From the NCBI GenBank assembly GCA_016178125.1, contig JACOTV010000106.1, positions 1 to 24,787 of the forward strand: DNA of 24,787 nucleotides, in the 5' to 3' direction. The notes under the pieces were generated by a model, which was not told the origin of the DNA, did not search any database, and saw only the letters and a list, made by a program, of their open reading frames with translations. How positions within the stretch are numbered: the first letter of the stretch is position 1; every line of letters begins with the position of its first letter. Shown in pieces: positions 16,937-24,787 of this stretch. The position numbers and the translations under genes were made by a program. This DNA is from Candidatus Microgenomates bacterium. Its GTDB lineage: Bacteria > Patescibacteriota > Microgenomatia > UBA1406 > GWC2-37-13.

Positions 16937-18340
16937 ATGGCAAGCAAACAATACTTTCTTTTACGCACGATTGGGGTATGTCTTTTTTTGGTTTTTGGTG
17001 TCATTATTGGTGGTATAACGTTCGTTATACGCCAGGAACAACTTCTGTCAAACCGCATATACCCCAACGTATTTATTGACGACTACCCTGTTGCCAATAC
17101 GACAAAAGCACAGGCCGCAACTATTCTCTCACACAAAAATGATGCTATCAATAACGCAACGATTTCGGTTATATACAAAGACGCGCCGGTTGCCACCATG
17201 TCGGCGACTCGCCTCGGCCTCAAATATAATACCGACGAAGTGATTGACCGTGCGTATTTAATCGGACGCGTTAATAATACCCCTTCCCGTATATATCAAA
17301 AGATCACCACACATCTAAAACTCGTCCCGTACCGCTTCTCTACTCAGCTTGCTTACGACACAAGTTATGTGCAGGATTTTCTCACCGGGAAGAAGATACA
17401 GTACGAAAAGCCCGCGAAAAATGCCCTTTTTACTTTTGAAAACGGAAAGGTCTCGGAATTTAAACCCGAAGAAAAGGGGCTTACAATAGATGAAGAAAAG
17501 TTTACCGCAGAACTCGATGCGGCGATTCAATCGTTTAGGTACAATCCTCGCAATGTTACTCTCACGCTTACTGACCATATTATTGACCCTGAGGTAACAC
17601 TTGCTAAAGCAAACGAATTTGGAATAGAAGAAGAAATTGGAGTCGGGAAGTCTGACTATTCACATTCAATCCCTGAACGGATTCATAACGTGATTTTGGG
17701 TGCGACTAAATTAAATGGTGTATTAATTCCAAAAGGCGAGTCGTTTTCGTTTAACAAATACTTAGGAGATATCGATGCGGCCCACGGGTTTCAACCGGCC
17801 TACGTAATACAAAATGGCAAAACAGTACTCGGTGATGGCGGTGGTATCTGCCAGGTATCAACAACAATGTTTCGCGCTGCAATGAACGCGGGACTTCCCA
17901 TTACCGAACGTCATGCACATGCCTATCGCGTGGGATATTATGAAAATGATGCGAAGCCTGGACTCGACGCAACCATCTATTTACCAACAGTCGATTTTAA
18001 GTTCAAAAACGACACACCTGGAGCACTGCTCATACAAACTGAGATCGTGGAAGATCAACATCTGCTGTTGTTTCACTTATTTGGGAAGAAGGACGGTCGA
18101 AAAGCCGAGCTTACCGATCCGATACTCACCAACGTCGCGCCTCCGCCTCCAGCCCTCAATCAAGAAGATCCTACTCTACCTCGTGGAGTCACCAAACAAG
18201 TAGACTTTGCAGCATGGGGAGGACGATCGTCATTTAACTATAAAGTCACCTATCCTGACAATAAAATTGAGGAGCAGACTTTCGTATCAGTATATCGCCC
18301 ATGGCAGGCGATCTTCCTTGTCGGAACTAAAGATAGCTAG
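16937..18340 (+). CDS. VanW family protein with N-terminal TM helix and peptidoglycan-binding (PG_binding_4, YoaR-like) region
   Basis: RIHNVILGA..LNGVLIPKGESFSFN, GDGGGICQVSTTMFRAA, ERHAHAYRVGYY, GLDATIY..VDFKFKNDT. Confidence 0.92.
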   Translation: MASKQYFLLRTIGVCLFLVFGVIIGGITFVIRQEQLLSNRIYPNVFIDDYPVANTTKAQAATILSHKNDAINNATISVIYKDAPVATMSATRLGLKYNTDEVIDRAYLIGRVNNTPSRIYQKITTHLKLVPYRFSTQLAYDTSYVQDFLTGKKIQYEKPAKNALFTFENGKVSEFKPEEKGLTIDEEKFTAELDAAIQSFRYNPRNVTLTLTDHIIDPEVTLAKANEFGIEEEIGVGKSDYSHSIPERIHNVILGATKLNGVLIPKGESFSFNKYLGDIDAAHGFQPAYVIQNGKTVLGDGGGICQVSTTMFRAAMNAGLPITERHAHAYRVGYYENDAKPGLDATIYLPTVDFKFKNDTPGALLIQTEIVEDQHLLLFHLFGKKDGRKAELTDPILTNVAPPPPALNQEDPTLPRGVTKQVDFAAWGGRSSFNYKVTYPDNKIEEQTFVSVYRPWQAIFLVGTKDS

Positions 18341-18520
18341 TTATCTGATATACGATGTTTCAACCGCCGGGTGAGCAAGCGCTCTTTGCATGTCGAAACC
18401 GATATTCATTCCCCAAATAAAGGCTATTATAGGGAGCGAAACGAATAAGATCATCGCAAGCGTTTTAGAAAACGGGGTTACCGTATTCCACATATTCTTC
18501 TGTGATTTGGTTTTAGCCAT
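18341..18520 (-). CDS. Small single-pass membrane protein (59 aa), absent from the ORF track
   Basis: Hand translation MAKTKSQKNMWNTVTPFSKTLAMILFVSLPIIAFIWGMNIGFDMQRALAHPAVETSYIR*. ATG is 1 nt after the acetyltransferase stop; its stop abuts the vanW stop; it fills the gap exactly. Confidence 0.75.
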   Translation of the reverse strand: MAKTKSQKNMWNTVTPFSKTLAMILFVSLPIIAFIWGMNIGFDMQRALAHPAVETSYIR

Positions 18521-18521
18521 A

Positions 18522-19115
18522 TTATCTGAACAGGCGTGGTCTGCCTAATTTGTATTTTGGATCCTTGTGTTCGCGCTCTGAAATTACCTTTGCAGGTACA
18601 CCCCCAACTACTGCAAACGGTGCAACATTTTTGGTTACAACGGCGCCTGCTGCAACAATCGCTCCTCGACCTATCGTCACACCTGGTAAGATAATTGCGC
18701 GCGGTCCTATAAATACATAATCCTCGATATGCACAGGTTTTGCAACTGCTTTAAAAAAAGGATCATGAATATCGTGCTGAGAGTTGTAAATCATTACCTC
18801 AGAGGCGAGCGCGACGTGGTTCCCGATGACGAGTCGCGCTCGCCCATCAAGAACCGCCTTTTCACCAATAATCGTATCGTCACCGATCACGATATTTTTC
18901 GTGTCATAGAACGTTACTCCCATATGTATGGTTGATCCTTTTCCCATTTTTACGCCTGCAGATTTGTGAAGGGCCTTTCTAAACGTATGCGAAGGAATTC
19001 TACCGAGTACATGAATAATGAAGAGCTCTGTTTCAAGAGCGACGTTTTTTACCCTATTCTCGATCTTCTTGCCAATCTCCTGGTTACTCAACGCTTTTCC
19101 TTGACTATCTTTCAT
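18522..19115 (-). CDS. Hexapeptide-repeat (left-handed beta-helix) O-acyltransferase, sugar acetyltransferase-like
   Basis: IVIGDDTIIG, VHIEDYVFIGPRAIILPGVTIGRGAIVAAGAVVTKNV..VGGVPAKVI. Confidence 0.9.
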   Translation of the reverse strand: MKDSQGKALSNQEIGKKIENRVKNVALETELFIIHVLGRIPSHTFRKALHKSAGVKMGKGSTIHMGVTFYDTKNIVIGDDTIIGEKAVLDGRARLVIGNHVALASEVMIYNSQHDIHDPFFKAVAKPVHIEDYVFIGPRAIILPGVTIGRGAIVAAGAVVTKNVAPFAVVGGVPAKVISEREHKDPKYKLGRPRLFR

Positions 19116-19116
19116 A

Positions 19117-20220
19117 TCATTTTATATTATCCACTACCTTCTTATATACTTCCACCGTTTCTTTCGCCATCTGATCAAATGAGTATTTTTTGACGATTTT
19201 CTTGTAGTCAAAGCGTCGACGTTTTTCAATAAAATGCTCTATTTTTTCGGTCATGTCGGTCGTAAAAAGCGGATCAAATGCTACGTACTCATCGCCCAAC
19301 ATTTCACGAATTACTGGTATGTCGGAGGCAATAATGGGACACCCAAAAAATGCCGCTTCAAGTAATGTTAACCCAAACCCCTCAGCCAATGATGGATGGA
19401 TAAGGGCTTTTGCGTGATTGTAAAAATATACGAGATCGTTACGGCTTGATTTGGTATGCACGAGTATCTGATTCTGCATACCAAGACTCTCGATGTGTTT
19501 TTGAATGCGCCCAGCAAAATGATCTTCTGGTCCCACCAAAATTAAGGGAATTTTAGTATCTACTAAGCGATATGCCTCAACGAGTTTCTCAACGTTTTTA
19601 TGCGGGTAAAAATTACCGACATATACAAAAAAGTCATGTGGTAATTGCTTAGAAAGCTTCTCGTTTTCTTTTAAGTCTACTAAGCTCTCGTCGAGTCCTT
19701 CGTATATCGCAACAACCTTATCGGCGTATCTTGCGCCAAAGGTCTGTAGTATTTCACCACGCACAGCATTTGAAGGGGTAATTACGGCCGCTGAACGCCT
19801 CATGAGCTCGCTTAAGACCAATTTAAGCCCCATATGCTTCACTTCATAATAGAGCGTATGGTGAGTCGATGCTTTGCCGGTTTTATATAGAAGCGGTGTA
19901 AGGTCGTGGATTGTTGAAACAAACGGTCTACGGTACATAGCCGGATAACTAAAATAGGTAAAATGCATAAGATCGAGGTTGTCTCGCTGGAGCATTTTGT
20001 AAAATGCTGTTTGTTCAGAAAATGTATGCCAGTGAATGTCTGCTAGTCGCTTATTGAATCGTTTAGTCCCAAACCCAAAGGACTCATAATCCACTTTTTT
20101 TAGATATACGTTTACTTCCCAGTCGCGGGGGACATAGTCCTGCAAGTAGTACAGCAAGTTCCTGGTATAAACACCCACGCCGGTCTGTGATATGAGTCTT
20201 GCATCAATACCGAGTTTCAT
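19117..20220 (-). CDS. GT4 family glycosyltransferase
   Basis: MKLGIDAR...TGVGVY, YVGNFYPHKN, EGFGLTLLEA (EX7E). Confidence 0.92.
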   Translation of the reverse strand: MKLGIDARLISQTGVGVYTRNLLYYLQDYVPRDWEVNVYLKKVDYESFGFGTKRFNKRLADIHWHTFSEQTAFYKMLQRDNLDLMHFTYFSYPAMYRRPFVSTIHDLTPLLYKTGKASTHHTLYYEVKHMGLKLVLSELMRRSAAVITPSNAVRGEILQTFGARYADKVVAIYEGLDESLVDLKENEKLSKQLPHDFFVYVGNFYPHKNVEKLVEAYRLVDTKIPLILVGPEDHFAGRIQKHIESLGMQNQILVHTKSSRNDLVYFYNHAKALIHPSLAEGFGLTLLEAAFFGCPIIASDIPVIREMLGDEYVAFDPLFTTDMTEKIEHFIEKRRRFDYKKIVKKYSFDQMAKETVEVYKKVVDNIK

Positions 20221-21080
20221 TTTTTTGCCTCCAGTATACGATAAACGGCTTTGTTGATAAATAAGGGATACTGTTTTTCATAATGCTTCTTATAGAAAAT
20301 TCTCATTGCCTCATAAAAATGACTACTCGTTTTTTTCTTTTGTGTTACATCGGTATGTTTTCGTCCGCTCTGCCCCTTAATGTGCACGATCGACATGAGC
20401 GGATAATACCAAATTTTATACCCTGCTTGTTTTATGCGAAGTGACAGATCGAGATCCTCACCGTACATAAAAAATGCCTCGTCAAATCCACCAACTGCGT
20501 CAAATATCTCTTTCCTCGTTAAGAAGAACGCACCACTGGGGCTATCGATCTCGTGCTCCGTTTCTTTATCCAAATGCGATAAGTGGTATCCACCGAAAAG
20601 ACGGTTCAGTCCGGGGATTTTTGTGGTTAATTTTTCTAGTTTAGAAAAATACGCAAACGACCGCCATAGCGTTGGAAATCCTCGGTGACTTGCGGGGTCG
20701 ATTGATCCGTCAGGAAGAACAAGCCTGACGGTTAGCACCCCTATGTCAGAATGCTCGTGCATGATCTTAAGGAGTTTTGCAAAGTCTACATGGTCAACAA
20801 TCGTATCTGAATTGAGAAGAAGAAGGTATGTGCCACGCGCATGTTTTGCGGCAATATTGTTTGCGGCTCCAAACCCCACATTCTTTCCGTTTTCAATAAA
20901 CACGATGCCCTTTTCTTTTTTCAGAGACTCGACTGACCCATCGGTTGAACCATTGTCTATCACGATGATTTCATACGATACAGAAGGAGTTTTACTGAGG
21001 GATTGCTTCAGAGAATGAATCGTCTGCAATGTAAGATCACGCGTATTGTAAGAAAGCGTAATAACAGACAGGTCTTTCAT
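20217..21080 (-). CDS. GT2 family glycosyltransferase (WbbL/rhamnosyltransferase-like)
   Basis: LSVITLSYN, IIVIDNGSTDGS, NVGFGAANN, LLLNSD, GGFDEAFFMYGEDLDL. ATGA overlap with the GT4 gene. Confidence 0.92.
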   Translation of the reverse strand: MKDLSVITLSYNTRDLTLQTIHSLKQSLSKTPSVSYEIIVIDNGSTDGSVESLKKEKGIVFIENGKNVGFGAANNIAAKHARGTYLLLLNSDTIVDHVDFAKLLKIMHEHSDIGVLTVRLVLPDGSIDPASHRGFPTLWRSFAYFSKLEKLTTKIPGLNRLFGGYHLSHLDKETEHEIDSPSGAFFLTRKEIFDAVGGFDEAFFMYGEDLDLSLRIKQAGYKIWYYPLMSIVHIKGQSGRKHTDVTQKKKTSSHFYEAMRIFYKKHYEKQYPLFINKAVYRILEAKK

Positions 21081-21087
21081 GTATGAA

Positions 21088-21093
21088 AGTATA
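21088..21093 (-). promoter_or_regulatory. -10 box TATACT, 7 nt upstream of the GT2 ATG
   Basis: Plus-strand AGTATA at 21088-21093 in the 23-nt rpsI-GT2 gap. Confidence 0.55.
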
Positions 21094-21103
21094 CAGGACC
21101 GGC

Positions 21104-21607
21104 TTACCGCTTCGGAGACTGCTTCTGGCGGCGTGCTTTACCACCGGTACCAACCATACGACGCTGGCGTACTTTTGCGTTGCGGGTCAAGAGACCTTTT
21201 GCTTTAAGTGCCGGACGAACGGTTTCTTTATCGGTTTTTTCAAGAGCGCGTGCGATACCAAGAATAAGCGCTTCAAGCTGTCCATTGGGACCGCCGCCGG
21301 ATATGTGGGCAGACACAGCAAAACGATCTTCGGTATTGGTTACCTTAAATGGCTGAGCAATGCGTATTTTGTGTGAATCACTATTAAAGATCACGGCAAC
21401 GGCTTTTTTGTTGACCATTATTTCGCCTTGTTTTATTTTGGCTCCTTCAACGGTTGCGACTTTTTCGCGGCCGGTAAGATACAAACGTACACGGGCAACA
21501 GCTTCCTTGCGGCGACCGATACCTTCGTAATATTGCGTAGCTTTTACTTTAGGTACTTTAACTACTTTTTCTCCTTTTTCTGGTTTATCGGTCTTTGCTT
21601 TTGCCAT
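21104..21607 (-). CDS. rpsI: 30S ribosomal protein S9
   Basis: GIGRRKEAVARVRL, SGGGPNGQLEALILGIARAL, GLLTRN, C-terminal KR; Lys-rich N-terminal extension. Confidence 0.96.
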   Translation of the reverse strand: MAKAKTDKPEKGEKVVKVPKVKATQYYEGIGRRKEAVARVRLYLTGREKVATVEGAKIKQGEIMVNKKAVAVIFNSDSHKIRIAQPFKVTNTEDRFAVSAHISGGGPNGQLEALILGIARALEKTDKETVRPALKAKGLLTRNAKVRQRRMVGTGGKARRQKQSPKR

Positions 21608-21612
21608 AGGTA

Positions 21613-22053
21613 TTATGAATTTTTAGTCTCGAATTTATCACCATGTGTGTGATTTGCGTCGGGAAACACAAACAATCGTGCTAATCGTCGGCTTCTGAGC
21701 TTGTTCTTAGGAAGCATCCCCGAAACCGCATGACGAATCAGTTCGGTCGGGCGCGTTTCACGCATGCGTGCTGCTGTTTTAACGGTTCTTCCCCCTGGAT
21801 ATCCAGAATAGCGATCGTATGTTTTCACTTGTTCCTTGCGACCGGTCAGTTTTACTGACTGGGCATTTAGAACGACAACGTAGTCGCCTCCGTCGAGGTT
21901 GGGTGAATAAGTTGCCTTATCGGTCCCCTGAAGCATACGCGCTATGCGACTTGCTTCACGTCCAAGGATTTTGCCATTTACGTCAATTAATTTCCAGCGG
22001 CGCACAATAGCTACTTCTTTTGCTGATTTTGTTGAATTGGTTCGTTTTAACAT
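21613..22053 (-). CDS. rplM: 50S ribosomal protein L13
   Basis: WKLID...LGREAS, DGGDYVVVLNA, YSGYPGG, VSGMLPKNKL. Confidence 0.97.
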   Translation of the reverse strand: MLKRTNSTKSAKEVAIVRRWKLIDVNGKILGREASRIARMLQGTDKATYSPNLDGGDYVVVLNAQSVKLTGRKEQVKTYDRYSGYPGGRTVKTAARMRETRPTELIRHAVSGMLPKNKLRSRRLARLFVFPDANHTHGDKFETKNS

Positions 22054-22055
22054 AA

Positions 22056-22535
22056 TTATTTAGCAGTCGCTTTGCGCGCTTTTCTAACGGTTACTTTAGC
22101 ACCAGACTTGGTTGTTTCGGTCACGCCTTCTTCTTTCTTGGGTTTAGCTGGCTCGATGACTTTTTTGTCGTACAAAACAACCGGGGTGACCCATTCAAGC
22201 TTCATAAGCATGGTCGCATCTGACTCGCGCTCTGCCAGTCGCTGTGACTTGGTGAAACCACTGGTGCGTGCACCAACGGCCCCAGGAATACGGGTCACGA
22301 GCAAGGTAACCAACTCACGGTCCCCAAGGATCCGAAGCATCGAGTTTTTTGAGCCTTCGGTGTTCTTTCTGGCTAAGGTCACTACCTTATCTATCCGGCC
22401 TTTTATATATTTGACCTTTGTTTCGGTACTGGTTAGCCGTCCATGGGTAAAAAAGTTTTTCAGAAGTTTACGAGTCAGCATCTGATTCGCATCTTGTCCT
22501 TCTTTAAACTTTACCGTTTTATATCCGTGTCTCAT
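22056..22535 (-). CDS. rplQ: 50S ribosomal protein L17 (divergent, with C-terminal extension)
   Basis: MRH start, HGRLTSTETKVK, R.SGFT; position directly after rpoA. Confidence 0.88.
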   Translation of the reverse strand: MRHGYKTVKFKEGQDANQMLTRKLLKNFFTHGRLTSTETKVKYIKGRIDKVVTLARKNTEGSKNSMLRILGDRELVTLLVTRIPGAVGARTSGFTKSQRLAERESDATMLMKLEWVTPVVLYDKKVIEPAKPKKEEGVTETTKSGAKVTVRKARKATAK

Positions 22536-22537
22536 AG

Positions 22538-23467
22538 TTAGTCCATTTCGATATCAATACCCATCTTTTTCAATTCGTCTTCGATGAGGACAAATGATTT
22601 TTTACCGAGTCCCTTTACGCCGACCAGCTTTTCTTTGCCGATACGTACGAGGTCTGCAACGGTTTCTACGTTTTCACGAAGAAGCGCATTGATGACGCGT
22701 GAGGGGAGGTTGAGTTCATCGATGATGATGTCTTTAAGACGTGCATCGATTACTTTCTCGCCTTCCTCGGCCGCTGCCTCTTCTTGTGAGACCGGTGTGT
22801 CGCGCCCTGAAAGAACATGGGCAAAATGCTCAGAAAGAATATGCCCGGCCTGTTTCAGTGACTCTTCGGGAGTGACTGATCCATCGGTCCAAATATCCAT
22901 AACCAAGCGATCAAAGTTTGTCTTGCGGCCTACGCGTGCTTCTTCGATTTTGAAGTTTACCTTCTTAACCGGTGAGAAGAATGCATCGACTGCAATGTAT
23001 TCGGCGCCTTTTCGCTCTACTTCGTCTTCCATAAGTGACCCAATACCTGTCTCTACGACGGCTTCGATGTCGATCTTACCCTTGTCATCGGTGATCTCGG
23101 CAAGGTACAGATCGGTGTTTACGACCTTAACTTCGCCGGTTATCGCCTTGGCGGTCACTTTTTGTGCGCCTTTGATTTCGAGATTAATGACATACTTACC
23201 GTCTTGGGGTACTTCAAACCGGAGTTGCTTCATGTTAAGAACGATCTCGATGATCGATTCTTTAACACCTTTGATGGTGCTGAACAAATGATCTGCATTA
23301 TTTATGCGGACCTGGGTGATTGCGGCACCTTTTAACGAGGAAAGCAGGGTGCGGCGAAGCGCATTTCCCATGCTGTTTCCAAAGCTCAAAGGAAGCGGCT
23401 CAAGAATGAATTTACCATAGTTTGGCGTTTCTTCCGCCTTCTTAGTGAAAAAGTTTGGGTTTAACAT
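22538..23467 (-). CDS. rpoA: RNA polymerase alpha subunit
   Basis: EPLPLSFGNSMGNALRRTLLSSL.GAAIT, VDAFFSPVKKV, ARVGRKTNFDRL; alpha-CTD IDELNLPSRVINAL...GLGKKS. Confidence 0.98.
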   Translation of the reverse strand: MLNPNFFTKKAEETPNYGKFILEPLPLSFGNSMGNALRRTLLSSLKGAAITQVRINNADHLFSTIKGVKESIIEIVLNMKQLRFEVPQDGKYVINLEIKGAQKVTAKAITGEVKVVNTDLYLAEITDDKGKIDIEAVVETGIGSLMEDEVERKGAEYIAVDAFFSPVKKVNFKIEEARVGRKTNFDRLVMDIWTDGSVTPEESLKQAGHILSEHFAHVLSGRDTPVSQEEAAAEEGEKVIDARLKDIIIDELNLPSRVINALLRENVETVADLVRIGKEKLVGVKGLGKKSFVLIEDELKKMGIDIEMD

Positions 23468-23505
23468 AGACTTTGTATGTCCTTAGATCGGACAAATTAT
23501 AAAAA

Positions 23506-24129
23506 TTACCGTGAATAATATTCAATAACTGATCTCATATTCACTTGCTTCTCGATATCGTCGCTTGTGGGCGCCTGTATTTTTGTGGTGTTTGCTTCGC
23601 GCTGTATCCATTCGGGGGCGATACGGCTCTTGTTGTTGAGGATTTCCTCGACATACGGAATTTTGGTAGTCTTTTCGTTTGCAAACGTAAGAACGTCGCC
23701 CACACTGAGTTCATGTGAAGCAATGCTTAATACTTTACCGTTCACCGTAATATGGCGATGATTGACCAACTGGCGGGCTGCAGCACGGGTGGGTGCAAAT
23801 CCCGAGCGATACACGGCATTGTCGAGACGGCGTTCAAGGATTTCGGCCAAAATGGTCCCGGTATTTCCCTTAATGCGCACTGCTTTCGTGTAATACTGTT
23901 TAAGTTGGCTTTCTGAAATACCAAAGAGGAATCGAAGTTTCTGCTTTTCACGCAACTGGCGTGAACGCTCTGAAACTTTTTTGCGGCGTCGACCGGTGCG
24001 CTGTTGGGCGCCGGGGGCAACGTTAATTTTGCGAAGCAACGAAGCCTGTGCTTTAGAACCTGGTGTCTTAAGCTCAAGATCCATTCCTTCTCGGCGTGCT
24101 ACTTTGTTTCTTGGTCCTGTGTATCTCAT
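23506..24129 (-). CDS. rpsD: 30S ribosomal protein S4 (zinc-free type)
   Basis: MRYTGP, QLREKQKLR, LERRLDNAVYRSGFAPTRAAARQLVNHRHI, EYYSR. Confidence 0.98.
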   Translation of the reverse strand: MRYTGPRNKVARREGMDLELKTPGSKAQASLLRKINVAPGAQQRTGRRRKKVSERSRQLREKQKLRFLFGISESQLKQYYTKAVRIKGNTGTILAEILERRLDNAVYRSGFAPTRAAARQLVNHRHITVNGKVLSIASHELSVGDVLTFANEKTTKIPYVEEILNNKSRIAPEWIQREANTTKIQAPTSDDIEKQVNMRSVIEYYSR

Positions 24130-24138
24130 AGGTATATA

Positions 24139-24510
24139 TTAAACGCGACGAATTTTTGGTGGCCGTACTCCGTTGTGCGGGATAGGCGTAACGTCTATAA
24201 TTTTACTGATTTCGATCTGTGATCCTTTAATGACCCGTAGCGCTGCTTCGCGACCAGGACCAATCCCTTTTACAAAAACAACTGCTTCACGGAATCCAAA
24301 GTCTCCGGCTTTTTTGACTGTTGCCTCGGTAACGATAGTTGCTGCGTAGGGAGTTGATTTACGCGTTCCGGTAAATCCATGCATGCCGCACGAACCTGAT
24401 ACGACCGGCGCACCTGTTGGATCGGTGAAAGTGATTAACGTATTGTTAAAGGTCGCGGTTATATAAATGCGTCCTTTTTCGATTGTTTTCTGAGTCTTAG
24501 CTTTTTTCAT
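24139..24510 (-). CDS. rpsK: 30S ribosomal protein S11
   Basis: ATFNNT, GFTGTRKSTPYAA, GIGPGRE, DVTPIPHNG.RPPK.RRV. Confidence 0.98.
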   Translation of the reverse strand: MKKAKTQKTIEKGRIYITATFNNTLITFTDPTGAPVVSGSCGMHGFTGTRKSTPYAATIVTEATVKKAGDFGFREAVVFVKGIGPGREAALRVIKGSQIEISKIIDVTPIPHNGVRPPKIRRV

Positions 24511-24516
24511 AATAGA

Positions 24517-24787
24517 TTACTTTTTAGCGGCTGTTGCTGCAGCTTGCTGCGTCTGCTCAAGCTTTGCCCATGCCTCTTTCTTAAGGGCGCCGACGGTCTT
24601 GCGCTTACCACGACGGGTGCGACCATTTGATTTGGTGCGTTGTCCGTGTACGGGCAATCCACGAATATGTCGGATACCACGGTAACTGCCGATTTCCTTA
24701 AGGCGTTTAATGTCGTCGTTAATCTGCTCACGCAAATTTCCTTCGATAACCAATTGGTTTTTCTCGATCGCATTTTGAATTCTTTTG
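24517..24787 (-). CDS. rpsM: 30S ribosomal protein S13, C-terminal part; start lies outside the window
   Basis: EGNLR...[34 protein letters not shown]; frame open to the window edge. Confidence 0.96.
   Translation of the reverse strand, partial: KRIQNAIEKNQLVIEGNLREQINDDIKRLKEIGSYRGIRHIRGLPVHGQRTKSNGRTRRGKRKTVGALKKEAWAKLEQTQQAAATAAKK

Noticed and set aside
22584-23291. 235-aa plus-strand ORF antisense to rpoA
   Set aside because: Ser/Thr-rich shadow frame of a conserved gene, with no motif or start context. Long antisense frames commonly arise from codon bias.
23478-23501. TGTCC-N7-GGACA hairpin and a TATAAT (minus strand, 23501-23496) between rpsD and rpoA
   Set aside because: The stem is only 5 bp with no U-tract, too weak to call a terminator. 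The TATAAT may be an internal rpoA promoter but lies in an AT-rich gap and is unsupported.
1-24787. tRNA, rRNA, CRISPR array, IS element, or alternative genetic code
   Set aside because: Intergenic gaps are all short (about 150 nt or less) with no cloverleaf, repeat-spacer or terminal inverted repeat patterns seen. TGA terminates conserved genes such as guaA at the expected position, consistent with code 11.

Overview
This is a gene-dense bacterial window read with the standard genetic code (TGA acts as stop). Divergent S9/L17 sequences, absence of Shine-Dalgarno motifs, a sortase, a baseplate-J-like membrane protein and an orphan solute-binding protein point to Patescibacteria (CPR), probably the Microgenomates group; this is inference, no search was run. 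Left part: partial guaA, an ICMT-family membrane methyltransferase, an RdgB/HAM1 pyrophosphatase, serS, a small ORF, pepF and a degenerate P-loop/OmpR-type winged-helix regulator. Middle (6657-10025), divergent from that regulator: a three-gene accessory cluster made of a divergent GpgS-like (GT81) glycosyltransferase, a GH63-like (alpha/alpha)6 glycoside hydrolase and a HAD phosphatase whose catalytic motif I (DxD) lies at the C-terminus, i.e. apparently circularly permuted. Together they look like a make-and-break system for a glycosylglycerate-type solute. Next comes a cell-envelope cluster (class A PBP, sortase, actin-like/baseplate-J fusion, orphan solute-binding protein, VanW), an unannotated 59-aa membrane protein, an O-acetyltransferase with GT4 and GT2, and rpsI-rplM-rplQ-rpoA-rpsD-rpsK-rpsM (partial). 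Most unit-leading genes have a -10 box 6-7 nt before ATG (leaderless architecture), including a 17-bp bidirectional promoter. I saw no tRNA, rRNA, CRISPR array or mobile element. All family calls are from motif recognition by eye.
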